In this document: positions 27,142 to 36,521 of the stretch, piece by piece | Numbering within the stretch: position 1 is the stretch's first letter | How the letters are laid out: each line of letters starts with the position of its first letter | Origin: an uncultured bacterium | GTDB lineage: Bacteria > Patescibacteriota > Minisyncoccia > Moranbacterales > UBA2206 | Assembly (NCBI GenBank): GCA_903937035.1 | Contig: CAIZXS010000016.1 | Coordinates: 1-62,308 of the forward strand | Direction: 5' to 3' | DNA length: 62,308 nucleotides | Position numbers and translations under genes: made by a program | Notes under the pieces: model-generated | What the model was told of the DNA's origin: nothing | Databases searched by the model: none | Seen by the model: only the letters and a program-made list of their open reading frames with translations

Positions 27142-28359
27142 ATGTTCAATTCAAGATCACGTCAAATAGATTCGTCAGCTAAGAAGCGCTTTTATCAAAA
27201 AAAGTGGTTCAAGATAACAACGGGAATCATCTTAGTCCTTGCTTTGGTAGGTAGCGTCCTATATTGGAAAGCAGATAAATTAGTAAGTCAAATATCCAAT
27301 GGGAGCCTACTCAGTTCAATTGCTCATTCCGTTCCTGGTGTGAAGGACGAATTGAAGGGAGCAGAGGATGGAAGGATTAACCTTGCAATTCTCGGTATGC
27401 GTGGTTCAGATATGCCTGGAGGCGGAACACTAGCCGACTCAATTATTGTGGTCAGTATCTTGCCAAAGGAAAATAAAGTTTCCATGATTTCTGTTCCGCG
27501 CGATCTCTATGTAACAGTTCCTGGCACAAATGATAAGCAAAAAATAAATGCTGTGCATGCCTATGGCGAAGAGAATGGAAAGGGCAAGGGAATGGCAAAT
27601 ATGAAAATTGCCCTTGGGGATGTTTTGGGCATACCAATTCATTATGCCGCCAGCATTAACTTTGCTGGTTTCAAGCAACTGGTTGACGCGATTGGCGGTG
27701 TTGATATCACCTTAGACAAACCTTTCGATGAAACGATGCAATTCAATGAGGAGCATGTCTGTGATTCTTTCTTTACTGTGCGTACAGGTAATTGGGAAAA
27801 TAAAATTGTAAAGAGCCATGCCACGAACGCTGCTGGAGTGTCAGTTGTTGTCAAAAGAAAAATTCCAAAGTATCCTCTTTGCACCGCACCCAAAGATGTT
27901 TTAGAATGTGGAGGAGAATTTGCCCTACCAGCTGGAAAGCAAACGCTCAATGGTGAAAAAGCCCTTTGCTATGTCCGTTCTCGAAAAACTTCTAGTGATT
28001 TCGAAAGAGCTAAAAGACAACAACAAGTTATTCAACTCGTAAAAGACAAAATGCTAAGTATTGGAACACTAACTGATTTTTCAAAAGTCAATGGCATACT
28101 TAATAGTCTAGGCGACAATGTCAGGACTGATATGCAACTATGGGAAATGCAAGAATTCTATAGTCTCTACAAGACAATTCCTCAAGCACAAGTCTACCAG
28201 AGAGTTTTAGAGAATTCAGATGAGGGCATGCTCTATGCACCAGAAGGTGGAGCCGCTGGCTATATCCTGCTTCCAGTTGGAGATAACTATGACAAGATTC
28301 ATGCGATGGCAAAAGATATTTTCACAATCGCTCCACAATCAGACATAAAACCCAAATAG
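27142..28359 (+). CDS. LytR-CpsA-Psr (LCP) family glycopolymer transferase
   Basis: TM anchor. LAILGMRG...DSIIVVSI...ISVPRDLYV...INFAGFKQLVDAIGGVDI. Confidence 0.85.
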   Translation: MFNSRSRQIDSSAKKRFYQKKWFKITTGIILVLALVGSVLYWKADKLVSQISNGSLLSSIAHSVPGVKDELKGAEDGRINLAILGMRGSDMPGGGTLADSIIVVSILPKENKVSMISVPRDLYVTVPGTNDKQKINAVHAYGEENGKGKGMANMKIALGDVLGIPIHYAASINFAGFKQLVDAIGGVDITLDKPFDETMQFNEEHVCDSFFTVRTGNWENKIVKSHATNAAGVSVVVKRKIPKYPLCTAPKDVLECGGEFALPAGKQTLNGEKALCYVRSRKTSSDFERAKRQQQVIQLVKDKMLSIGTLTDFSKVNGILNSLGDNVRTDMQLWEMQEFYSLYKTIPQAQVYQRVLENSDEGMLYAPEGGAAGYILLPVGDNYDKIHAMAKDIFTIAPQSDIKPK

Positions 28360-28418
28360 ACTTAAGAAAATGATGAGACGAACGTTTTTAGCTCGCCTCA
28401 TCTCTCAAATTTCATTCA

Positions 28419-29228
28419 ATGGAACTTTCAATTATCGTTGCCAGCTATAAAAACTCGGAACTTTTAAAGCTCTGCCTTACTTCTATTAAAAAGAATTATA
28501 CGGGCACCGACTATGAACTAATCGTGGCAGATGGCGAAACGGAAGAAGCGACTGAAATGATGATGCGGGAAGATTTTTCGGATATCGTTTTTGTTCCATC
28601 GAAAGAAAATATTGGATTTGGCGCTTTAGTGCGCAATGGTTATGAAAAAATTACAGGCGATTTCGTTTTAATTCTAAATAGTGATATCCTGATAAAAAAG
28701 GACTCCATTGAAATACTCCTGAACTACATTAAGAACAATCCGGATGTTGGAATTGTTGGCCCGCAACTACTGGGATTTGATGAGAAATTTCAGCCATCAA
28801 GTTTTCGTTTCTACACACCACTTACAATTGTTTATAGACGAACATTCTTGGGAAAATTTAACTTTGCCAAAAAACACCTTGCTCGTTTTTTGATGCAAGA
28901 TTTTGATCATAAGAGCATTGAGAATGTTGACTGGCTGATGGGATCGGCCCTTATGACGAAAAAGGTGGCTGTCAGCAAAGTCGGCCTCATGGATCCACAA
29001 TTCAAGATGTATTTTGAAGATACCGATTGGTGTCGCAGATTTTGGGAAAACAATTACCGTGTTGTCTATAATCCTACCGCTAAGATTTATCACTATCACG
29101 GGAAGGGCTCAGCCGGAAGAAGTATATTAAAGACCCTTATGTCTAATCGCCTAGCCTGGATTCATATTGCTAGCGCGATAAGATATTTTAAAAAATACGC
29201 AGGAAAACCACTGCCAAAAAATAATTAA
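28419..29228 (+). CDS. GT2-family glycosyltransferase
   Basis: LSIIVASYKN, ADGETEE..., LNSDIL, and a YFEDTDWC (ED) motif, as in rhamnosyltransferase-like GT2 enzymes. Confidence 0.8.
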   Translation: MELSIIVASYKNSELLKLCLTSIKKNYTGTDYELIVADGETEEATEMMMREDFSDIVFVPSKENIGFGALVRNGYEKITGDFVLILNSDILIKKDSIEILLNYIKNNPDVGIVGPQLLGFDEKFQPSSFRFYTPLTIVYRRTFLGKFNFAKKHLARFLMQDFDHKSIENVDWLMGSALMTKKVAVSKVGLMDPQFKMYFEDTDWCRRFWENNYRVVYNPTAKIYHYHGKGSAGRSILKTLMSNRLAWIHIASAIRYFKKYAGKPLPKNN

Positions 29229-29235
29229 AAAAAAT

Positions 29236-30534
29236 ATGGAAGAATTCAAGGAGGAAGAAAAAGAGCTTGATGAAATTTACACATACCCCGAAAAAGAGCT
29301 GACACATAATAGAAAGGTGTTTAAAAAAGGCTTGGCAATATTTTTCGTTATCATCCTTCTCTTTGCTAGCTACACCCTTGGCTTCAGCCGAGGCAAGGGA
29401 AATACTACCGGCTTTGCTGGTAATGCCTTGCTAGAGCAGGCCGTTTTGGAAAATAAGATCTCAAAGAATGGCGTGGATTTCGCACTGTTTTGGAAGGTAT
29501 GGGATACAGTCAAGGAAAAACACATTAGTCGTAATGATCTGGATGCTCAAAAGATGGTCTATGGTGCGATTACTGGCATGCTAAAAGCCACGGGCGATCC
29601 CTATACATCTTTTTTTGATCCCGAAGCCAATAAGGCTTTCGCGCAAGATCTTGGTGGTAGTTTTGAAGGAATCGGAGCGGAATTAGGAATTAAAGACAGC
29701 ATCCTAACTGTCGTTGCACCACTCGACGGATCACCAGCTCAAAAAGCAGGACTCAGGGCAGGAGATAAAATCCTAAGAATTGGCGATAAGATCGTGTCTG
29801 ACTTAACAATTGATGAATCAGTCGCTTTAATTAGAGGTAAAAAAGGCACTGAGGTAAGATTAACTATTCTGCCTAATAGCGAAAAAGATACTAAAGAAAT
29901 TTCCATAATTCGCGATACGATTGAGGTGAAAAGCGTTAAGGTTGATTTTAAGGACAACAACATTGCTCGCGTCGAGATTACAAAATTCGGAGAAAATACC
30001 GACAAGGAATTTAACCAAGCGGTAAAAAATCTACTAGCAAAAAATACTAAGGGAATAATCTTGGATTTGCGAAATAATCCTGGTGGGCTATTGGATAAAT
30101 CTGTGGCGATAGCGAGTCGAATGATTCCAGAAGGAAAGGTGGTTGTTACGGAAGAAGACAGCTCCGGAAAGAAAGATAATTTTTCTACCGAAGGTGGTGA
30201 TGCTCTTAGTAATATCCCGATGGTAGTTTTAATTAATGGTGGTAGTGCCAGTGCATCAGAAATTTTAGCTGGAGCTCTGCGTGACGATCAAGGAACGACA
30301 CTCATTGGAGAAAAATCCTTCGGCAAAGGTACGGTTCAGGAATTAATTAGCTTGCCACAAGGATCAAGCGTTAAAGTGACCGTGGCTAAGTGGCTCACAC
30401 CAAATGGCGATTACATTATGGAAAAAGGCATTAGTCCCGATATCGAGGTAAAAATGACCCCAGAAGACTACAAAAACGAGAAGGATCCGCAACTAGATAG
30501 GGCCATGGAAGTGATCAAGGAAAAGATGAAATAA
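29236..30534 (+). CDS. S41 carboxy-terminal processing peptidase (Ctp/Prc) with PDZ domain
   Basis: [20 protein letters not shown]41 motifs [30 protein letters not shown]. Confidence 0.9.
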   Translation: MEEFKEEEKELDEIYTYPEKELTHNRKVFKKGLAIFFVIILLFASYTLGFSRGKGNTTGFAGNALLEQAVLENKISKNGVDFALFWKVWDTVKEKHISRNDLDAQKMVYGAITGMLKATGDPYTSFFDPEANKAFAQDLGGSFEGIGAELGIKDSILTVVAPLDGSPAQKAGLRAGDKILRIGDKIVSDLTIDESVALIRGKKGTEVRLTILPNSEKDTKEISIIRDTIEVKSVKVDFKDNNIARVEITKFGENTDKEFNQAVKNLLAKNTKGIILDLRNNPGGLLDKSVAIASRMIPEGKVVVTEEDSSGKKDNFSTEGGDALSNIPMVVLINGGSASASEILAGALRDDQGTTLIGEKSFGKGTVQELISLPQGSSVKVTVAKWLTPNGDYIMEKGISPDIEVKMTPEDYKNEKDPQLDRAMEVIKEKMK

Positions 30535-30577
30535 GCCAACTATTCCCAAGATTATATATTTCCGCTATACTAAAACT

Positions 30578-31021
30578 ATGCAAATAATTCTATTACAAGA
30601 TGTCAAAAATTTAGGCAAAAAAGGCGAATTGAAAAACGTCGCTGAAGGTTATGCGCGTAATTTTTTGTTTGCCAAGAAACTAGCAGCCACAGCGACAAAG
30701 GAAGCGATTGAAAGAGTAGAAACACTACGAAAAAAAGAAAAAATAGCAGAATTGGAAAGTCTAGAAAAGACAAAAAAACTCGCATCAGAATTGAAAGATA
30801 AACTGATTGAAATTAAAGCCAAGGGAAAAGAAGGCAAGCTGTTCGGCTCAATTTCCACCAAAGATGTTGTGAAGGAACTCGGCACACTGGGATTTGATAT
30901 TTCTGAAAAATCAGTAATCATGCCTACGCACATTAAAGAAATCGGGGAATATGAAATCAAAATCAATCTAGCTCAAGGCATTGAAGCAAAGATTAAATTG
31001 AAGGTTTCCAAGGAAGCATAA
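30578..31021 (+). CDS. rplI: 50S ribosomal protein L9
   Basis: [30 protein letters not shown]; 147 aa. Confidence 0.9.
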   Translation: MQIILLQDVKNLGKKGELKNVAEGYARNFLFAKKLAATATKEAIERVETLRKKEKIAELESLEKTKKLASELKDKLIEIKAKGKEGKLFGSISTKDVVKELGTLGFDISEKSVIMPTHIKEIGEYEIKINLAQGIEAKIKLKVSKEA

Positions 31022-31050
31022 TCCTGATCTGGCACATTTCCGAAAAAAAT

Positions 31051-31077
31051 AAAAAGTCGCGGGGGAAGCGACTTTTT
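31051..31077 (+). terminator. Intrinsic terminator after rplI
   Basis: AAAAAGTCGC-GGGGGAA-GCGACTTTTT: perfect 10-bp stem with a trailing T-run. Confidence 0.65.
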
Positions 31078-31126
31078 GTCTGTAAAAAATTATTTTGTTA
31101 ATTTATTTAAATTTTCTATAAAAAAT

Positions 31127-32773
31127 ATGAAACAAAACCGCAAGTTCATATTCATCGTCGGGGGAGTGATGAGTGGGGTAGGGAAGGGAATATCAACTTC
31201 ATCAATCGGAATTATTCTGAAAGCAAGAGGACTCAGTGTCACTGCAATCAAGATCGATCCCTATATCAACGTTGACGCCGGCACGATGAATCCAACTGAA
31301 CACGGAGAGGTTTTTGTTTTGAACGATGGCTATGAAACCGACCAGGACATGGGCAATTACGAAAGATTCCTCAACATCACATTGCCTAGCGATAATTACA
31401 TGACTACTGGCAGTGTCTATGAATCTGTCATTCACCGAGAACGCAATTTAGGCTATAACGGCAAATGTGTGGAAGTGGTACCACATATTCCTCTGGAAGT
31501 AATTGAACGCATCGAAAAGGCTTCCGCGAAAGCCAAGTCCGATGTCACTCTTATTGAGATTGGCGGAACAATTGGTGAATATCAAAATATTCTTTTTCTG
31601 GAAGCGGCCAGAATGATGAAAATCAAATATCCGGAAGATGTGATATTTGTAATGGTAAGTTATTTGCCAATTCCATCGAAAGTAGGCGAGATGAAAACCA
31701 AGCCAACGCAATATGCGGTGCGTACATTGAATAGTGCAGGCATCCAACCAGATGTAATCATTGCCCGCAGTGAAACTTTCCTCGATCAAAAACGCAAAGA
31801 AAAATTGGGCATGTTTTGCAACATCTCTGAACGCTATGTCATCTCTGCTCCAGACGCTGATAATATCTATGAAATTCCCGTCAATTTTGAACGGGATGAT
31901 TTGAGCCGCTTGATTTTGAAAAAATTGAACCTGCCGGAAAACAAAAAATCCAACATGAAGGAATGGTATGATTTTGTGGAAAGTATTAAAGCGTCTAAAG
32001 AAAAAATCAAGATTGGTATTGTTGGTAAATATTTCGGCACAGGCGATTTTGTTTTGTCCGACGCATACATCAGCGTGATTGAGGCCGTCAAACATGCCGC
32101 TTACAAAAATAATCTAGCCCCAGAAATTGCTTGGATCAACAGTGAGCTCTATGAAAAAGAACCCAATAAACTGGAAGATCTCAAGGATTATGATGGAATT
32201 ATTGTCCCGGGTGGTTTTGGTTCACGTGGAATTGAAGGTAAAATCAGTGTCATAAAATATCTGCGAGAAAATAAGATTCCATTTTTGGGACTTTGCTATG
32301 GCATGCAAATGATGGTGATTGAATACGCGCGCAACATATTAGGACTGAAAGATGCCAACTCCACTGAGATTAATCGCAAAACCAAAAATCCAGTGATTGA
32401 CATTATCCCAGAACAAAAGAAGAATTTGGAAGATAGAAACTATGGAGCAACGATGCGTCTTGGTGCCTATCCAGCAATGATTAAGAAAGGCACTGTTGCC
32501 TACAACGCCTACAAAAAACCCAAAATTTCAGAGAGGCACCGTCATCGTTGGGAAGTTAATATGGAATATACCCCAAAGTTAGAAAAAGCCGGTTTAGTCT
32601 TTTCTGGCAAATCCCCAGACGGAACACTGATGGAAATCACAGAATTGCCAGCTTCCGTTCATCCTTTTTTCGTCGGAGTACAATTCCACCCGGAACTAAC
32701 ATCTAAACCCATCACTTCCCATCCGTTGTTTTTTGAGTTTGTGAAAGCGAGCAAAAAAAATAAGAAGAAATAA
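31127..32773 (+). CDS. pyrG: CTP synthase
   Basis: FIFIVGGVMSGVGKG, GATase LGLCYGMQ, HRHRWEVN. ATG at 31127 is preferred over the TTG at 31076. Confidence 0.95.
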   Translation: MKQNRKFIFIVGGVMSGVGKGISTSSIGIILKARGLSVTAIKIDPYINVDAGTMNPTEHGEVFVLNDGYETDQDMGNYERFLNITLPSDNYMTTGSVYESVIHRERNLGYNGKCVEVVPHIPLEVIERIEKASAKAKSDVTLIEIGGTIGEYQNILFLEAARMMKIKYPEDVIFVMVSYLPIPSKVGEMKTKPTQYAVRTLNSAGIQPDVIIARSETFLDQKRKEKLGMFCNISERYVISAPDADNIYEIPVNFERDDLSRLILKKLNLPENKKSNMKEWYDFVESIKASKEKIKIGIVGKYFGTGDFVLSDAYISVIEAVKHAAYKNNLAPEIAWINSELYEKEPNKLEDLKDYDGIIVPGGFGSRGIEGKISVIKYLRENKIPFLGLCYGMQMMVIEYARNILGLKDANSTEINRKTKNPVIDIIPEQKKNLEDRNYGATMRLGAYPAMIKKGTVAYNAYKKPKISERHRHRWEVNMEYTPKLEKAGLVFSGKSPDGTLMEITELPASVHPFFVGVQFHPELTSKPITSHPLFFEFVKASKKNKKK

Positions 32774-32788
32774 TTATTACGAAGAAAT

Positions 32789-33177
32789 ATGAAAAAAAAT
32801 AATACTAGCAATATTGATTCTAACAGTATTTTTTGGGGTTGGATTTGGAAATAACCATGCTTACGCAAAAAAGAAAAAAGCGCTTTCATTAAAAGAACGC
32901 AATAGCGTTGCATGCACCGACCCAGATGGTGGTAAAAAATTATTATAAAAAAAGCACCGCAAAAGGGATTTATGCGAATGCCTTTAATATAAATGGGCAT
33001 GGTTCGATATTTGGAAAAACTGCTTTTCCTGGTGACTCAGGAATGAAGCGCACAATATACACAGACTATTGCTTAAACTCAACCCAACTAAATGAAGCTT
33101 ATTGTATTGGTGGAAAACTCGAAGCTATAGGTTATGCCTGTCCAGGGGGATGTAAAAAAGGAGTCTGTAAAAAATAA
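32789..33177 (+). pseudogene. Secreted Cys-containing protein (CTDPDGG-KNYY type) interrupted by two +1 frameshifts in poly-A tracts
   Basis: ATG at 32789 plus A8 (32792-32799), then signal peptide IILAILILTVFFGVGFGNNHAYA in the next frame. The A6 tract (32934-32939) moves ...ACTDPDGG into the track ORF frame KNYYKKS...CPGGCKKGVCKK. Deleting one A at each tract gives a continuous 128-aa ORF. Confidence 0.6.
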
Positions 33178-33232
33178 TTAGGCACCAATCAAGATCTGAT
33201 CGATGCCTATCGGAAATTCACATTTCAGGATG

Positions 33233-33487
33233 TTAATCCGTGACCGGGAATTCTACGCAAGTTAGGATAGCAGGATTATTGCCAGGGGGACTGACCATCA
33301 CCTTAATCGCATCTCCTTTCTTGCAAACCTTTTTCAGGTCTTTTGCTGAGCTATTTTCGCCCGGAAATTTCGACACATGAATTGTGCCTTCTTTCCCGTT
33401 AAATTTGACTCTAGCAGTAAATAAGTTTACATCAGTGACTGTCCCGATAAAAACTTCGTTTTCTGGCGCACTTTCATTTTGCGGCAT
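33233..33487 (-). CDS. Small OB-fold/S1-like domain protein
   Basis: 84 aa. FIGTVTDVNLFTARVKFNGKEGTIHVSKF resembles the S1 pattern G-x-V-x...F-x-A-x-V...G-x-EG-x-IHxS. Confidence 0.5.
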   Translation of the reverse strand: MPQNESAPENEVFIGTVTDVNLFTARVKFNGKEGTIHVSKFPGENSSAKDLKKVCKKGDAIKVMVSPPGNNPAILTCVEFPVTD

Positions 33488-33583
33488 ACCTTCCTCCTCC
33501 CTTGAATGGTTTTATTTACCTGCCTATTTAAATCTTTCGATATACCATTAAATCATACGATTTGAGATTTGTCCATAGCACAC

Positions 33584-33613
33584 AAAAAATCCCCCGATTA
33601 CTCGAGGGATTTT
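33584..33613 (-). terminator. Intrinsic terminator after rpmA
   Basis: Minus strand: AAAATCCC-(12 nt)-GGGATTTT followed by extra Ts, about 30 nt after the rpmA stop. Confidence 0.5.
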
Positions 33614-33641
33614 CTTATCTGAAAATTTTTGAAGTTCTAGC

Positions 33642-33983
33642 TTACTTAGTCTTGACGGTTTTTGTCTTAGCAATTGTCTTGGCTTTAACCTTCTTATTTG
33701 GAACAATTTTATCCGCAACGCTAACATACCTTCGTTGCACAAGTTTCCCTGTGAAAGCACGCACTTTCTTGGTGGAGAATTTCACAAAACCATCTGCAAG
33801 TGCGAAAAGGGTATCGTCCTCACCCTGCTTCACGTTCTTGCCAGGATGATATTTCGAACCACGTTGGCGAATGATAATTTGTCCAGTTTTGACTTTTTGA
33901 TCACCAAAAATTTTAACGCCGAGTCTTTTGGATATGGAATCTCTTCCAAGTTGGGTAGATCCACCTGCTTTACGATGTGCCAT
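33642..33983 (-). CDS. rpmA: 50S ribosomal protein L27 with Lys-rich C-terminal extension
   Basis: [24 protein letters not shown]...[10 protein letters not shown]. 113 aa, against the roughly 85-95 aa I expect for a bacterial L27 (from memory). Confidence 0.9.
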   Translation of the reverse strand: MAHRKAGGSTQLGRDSISKRLGVKIFGDQKVKTGQIIIRQRGSKYHPGKNVKQGEDDTLFALADGFVKFSTKKVRAFTGKLVQRRYVSVADKIVPNKKVKAKTIAKTKTVKTK

Positions 33984-34097
33984 GAATGTTACGCGAAAAT
34001 AAAAGCCGGGAATATGAAAATCTGTCCCGTACTAATCCGCAATTTATTTGATATTACTAACAAGATGTATTCTAGCGAACTTATGCTATAATGTCAA

Positions 34098-34505
34098 TTG
34101 ATGAGCAAGCTCAAAAGTTTTCTAATCGAACATGAAATGAAACTGGTGCTGGTGACCGGATTTGTCTTAGTGGCGCTCATATCCTTTCAATTTGGCAAGA
34201 TTGAAGGCAAAAAAGGCCAAAGCAAGCCAATTGTGATTGAAAAGACGATAGAAGTGGCCAAAATTGACCAAGGAGGCACGCCTACCGTGGCAGGAGCAAG
34301 TACACCAGAAAGCACCAAAAACCCCACTGAAGCGAAAATTTTAGCCCCCAATTGCGCCTACGTCGGAAGCAAAAGCTCCAACAAAGTCCATCTGCCGACT
34401 TGCCGCTATGCCAAAACAATCAAACAGGAAAACCTCGTTTGTTTCAAGAGTCTGGATGATGCTGTGAAGCAGGGGAGACTGGCGGATAAGACGTGTATAA
34501 AATAA
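34098..34505 (+). CDS. Membrane-anchored protein with C-terminal Cys motif (Ada-Zn/sunset-like)
   Basis: TM helix. C-terminal CAYVGSKSSNKVHLPTCRYAKTI...CFKSLDDAVKQG...KTC. Confidence 0.5.
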   Translation: MMSKLKSFLIEHEMKLVLVTGFVLVALISFQFGKIEGKKGQSKPIVIEKTIEVAKIDQGGTPTVAGASTPESTKNPTEAKILAPNCAYVGSKSSNKVHLPTCRYAKTIKQENLVCFKSLDDAVKQGRLADKTCIK

Positions 34506-34512
34506 AAAATAT

Positions 34513-34650
34513 TGTCATCCTGAGCGAAACGCAGTGGAGTCGAAGGATCTGCCATAAATTATCCTAGGCTAAACTATGATAGCAAAACATACGATAACCA
34601 CCAGCAGATCCTTCGACTGCGTCCGAGTACGGACTCCGCTCAGGATGACA
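34513..34650. repeat. MITE-like palindromic element, copy a
   Basis: Termini TGTCATCCTGAGCG...CGCTCAGGATGACA. Inner boxes GTCGAAGGATCTGC/GCAGATCCTTCGAC. Central TACGATAA. Confidence 0.75.
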
Positions 34651-34699
34651 TTCTAAATTTAAAATCTCGTAATTAATTATTTTATTAAAATAAACATTT

Positions 34700-35398
34700 A
34701 TGCAAAAGGACAATATCATTGTCATTTCTCTTGGTGGGTCACTAATCGTGCCTGATGAAATTGATTGGCGGTTCGTGAAAAGCTTTAAGGATATTATTAA
34801 AAAACAAATTGCGAAAGGCTCACGTTTCATAATCATCACTGGCGGAGGAAAGCTGTCGAGACGCTATCAAGAAGCTGCGCTTAAAGTTACAGAAAAATTA
34901 ACCGACGATGACCGCGACTGGTTGGGAATTCACGCTACCAGAATGAACGCGCATTTCATCCGCACAATTTTTCGCGCCAATGCTCATCCGGTGATTAACA
35001 AAAATCCGAACGACCTTGAGGATTTCTATAACTTCAAAGAAAATATCCTCGTTGCTGCCGGTTGGCGCCCGGGATTTTCCACTGACTATGACGCGGTGCT
35101 TTTGGGCAAATATTTTGGCGTGACCAAAATCATCAATATGAGCAACATCGATTATGTCTGCGACAAAGACCCGAACAAATTCCCTGATGCCAAAAAAATC
35201 AAAACCATTGCTTGGCCGGATTTTCGCACGATGGTGGGCAACAAGTGGGACCCAGGCATGAACGCGCCATTTGACCCAATCGCATCCAAACTGGCCATGG
35301 AAGCCAAGATGGAAGTGGTCATCCTTAATGGAAAAAAACTGAAAAATATGGAAAATTGCTTGGAAGGAAAAAAGTTTAATGGGACGGTGATTAGTTAG
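34700..35398 (+). CDS. pyrH: UMP kinase, archaeal-type (amino-acid-kinase fold)
   Basis: IVISLGGSLIV, IIITGGGKLSRRY; 232 aa. Confidence 0.7.
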   Translation: MQKDNIIVISLGGSLIVPDEIDWRFVKSFKDIIKKQIAKGSRFIIITGGGKLSRRYQEAALKVTEKLTDDDRDWLGIHATRMNAHFIRTIFRANAHPVINKNPNDLEDFYNFKENILVAAGWRPGFSTDYDAVLLGKYFGVTKIINMSNIDYVCDKDPNKFPDAKKIKTIAWPDFRTMVGNKWDPGMNAPFDPIASKLAMEAKMEVVILNGKKLKNMENCLEGKKFNGTVIS

Positions 35399-35421
35399 TC
35401 AGTGCGCTTTTAATTTTCCGC

Positions 35422-35470
35422 TTGACAACATTTTAATAGAGTATTACTATTCTAATATAAATTAGAATAG
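35422..35470 (+). promoter_or_regulatory. Promoter with overlapping palindromic operator (likely ArsR site)
   Basis: TTGACA (35422-35427), 17 nt, TACTAT (35445-35450). A perfect 10-4-10 palindrome CTATTCTAAT-ATAA-ATTAGAATAG (35447-35470) overlaps the -10. Confidence 0.6.
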
Positions 35471-35477
35471 TTTTATT

Positions 35478-35786
35478 ATGGAGTTCAAATGTTGCGCTAA
35501 AAATTCAAAAAAGGAGCAGGATGTTCAAAAGACATATGAATTTTTGCGGGCTATTTCAGACCCGAATCGACTGAAAATCATTTGCGTTTTGCAAGAAGGC
35601 GCCAAATGTGTCTGTGAACTTGTGCCGGTGCTGGGCATTTCGGACAAGCTGGTTTCGCATCACCTGAAGTGTTTGAAAAATATCGGGCTGCTCTCAGAGA
35701 AACGCGACGGCAATTTCATCCGCCACTCTTTGGATCGAAAAATAATCAAAAAGTATAAAGCCATTTTTAATCAAATAATAAAATAA
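35478..35786 (+). CDS. ArsR/SmtB-family transcriptional regulator
   Basis: LRAISDPNRLKIICVLQEGAKCVCELVPVLGISDKLVSHHLKCLKNIGLL. Confidence 0.9.
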   Translation: MEFKCCAKNSKKEQDVQKTYEFLRAISDPNRLKIICVLQEGAKCVCELVPVLGISDKLVSHHLKCLKNIGLLSEKRDGNFIRHSLDRKIIKKYKAIFNQIIK

Positions 35787-35790
35787 GTCT

Positions 35791-36024
35791 ATGAACATCA
35801 AACTCCTGGATACTGGTTGCCCTAATTGTCAAAAACTAGAAGAAAATGTCAAAAAAGCTATAGCAGAATTAAAAATGGAAGCCAGTGTAGAAAAAATTAC
35901 CGATATTGAAGAAATTGTAAGCTATGGAGCAATGAGCATGCCAACTCTCGTCATTGGAGAAAAGATTATGACTTCAGGAAGGATTCCTGACGTGGAAGAA
36001 TTAAAAGCTATCTTTTCTAAGTAA
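35791..36024 (+). CDS. Thioredoxin-fold small redox protein (Thioredoxin_3 type, CPNC)
   Basis: 77 aa. MNIKLLDTGCPNCQKLEENV. Confidence 0.8.
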   Translation: MNIKLLDTGCPNCQKLEENVKKAIAELKMEASVEKITDIEEIVSYGAMSMPTLVIGEKIMTSGRIPDVEELKAIFSK

Positions 36025-36043
36025 CCAAAAAAACACAACGCTT

Positions 36044-36520
36044 ATGAAAAAAACAAATATCGCACTCATCATTGGAATAATAGTGGTTGTCGGAATTGCC
36101 CTTTTTGCTCTTAAAAATAACCGTTCTGAGGCGCGAAGCTCTGCTGATAAAACTACTCAGGAAAATATGAGTGTGCAAAATAAGCCAGCCGAAAAAGTGC
36201 AAGTTTTTCTCTTTCATTCGACGAAAAGATGTGCCACTTGCATTGCTATTGGAAAACTAGCAGGCGAAACAGTCAGTGAATTTTTTCAATCGGAACTGCG
36301 AGATGGAAAAATTGAGTTTCGCGAAATCAATATTGATCTGCCCGAGAATAAAGAATTAGCGCAAAAGTTCAAAGCTACAGGATCAGCGCTCTATCTCAAT
36401 GCGATTACTGCAGGAGCGAATAATATATCCCAGGACACAAAAGTTTGGCAACTGACAAGCAATGAGACTCAATTTAAGAGTTATTTGAAAGACAAGCTTA
36501 ATAATTACTTCGGAAAATAG
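36044..36520 (+). CDS. Membrane-anchored thioredoxin-like protein with CxxC (RCATC)
   Basis: TM anchor plus FLFHSTKRCATCIAIG. Architecture as in ArsF-like proteins of such operons (from memory). Confidence 0.55.
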   Translation: MKKTNIALIIGIIVVVGIALFALKNNRSEARSSADKTTQENMSVQNKPAEKVQVFLFHSTKRCATCIAIGKLAGETVSEFFQSELRDGKIEFREINIDLPENKELAQKFKATGSALYLNAITAGANNISQDTKVWQLTSNETQFKSYLKDKLNNYFGK

Positions 36521-36521
36521 C

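Noticed and set aside
34564-34839. Track ORF 34564..34839 (-), and similarly 39309..39551 (+), as genes
   Set aside because: These are translations of the palindromic repeat elements (for example ...CHPERSPYSDAVEGS..., ...SSPSGRGCHEHVTGEG...). They overlap real genes, or sit wholly in repeats.
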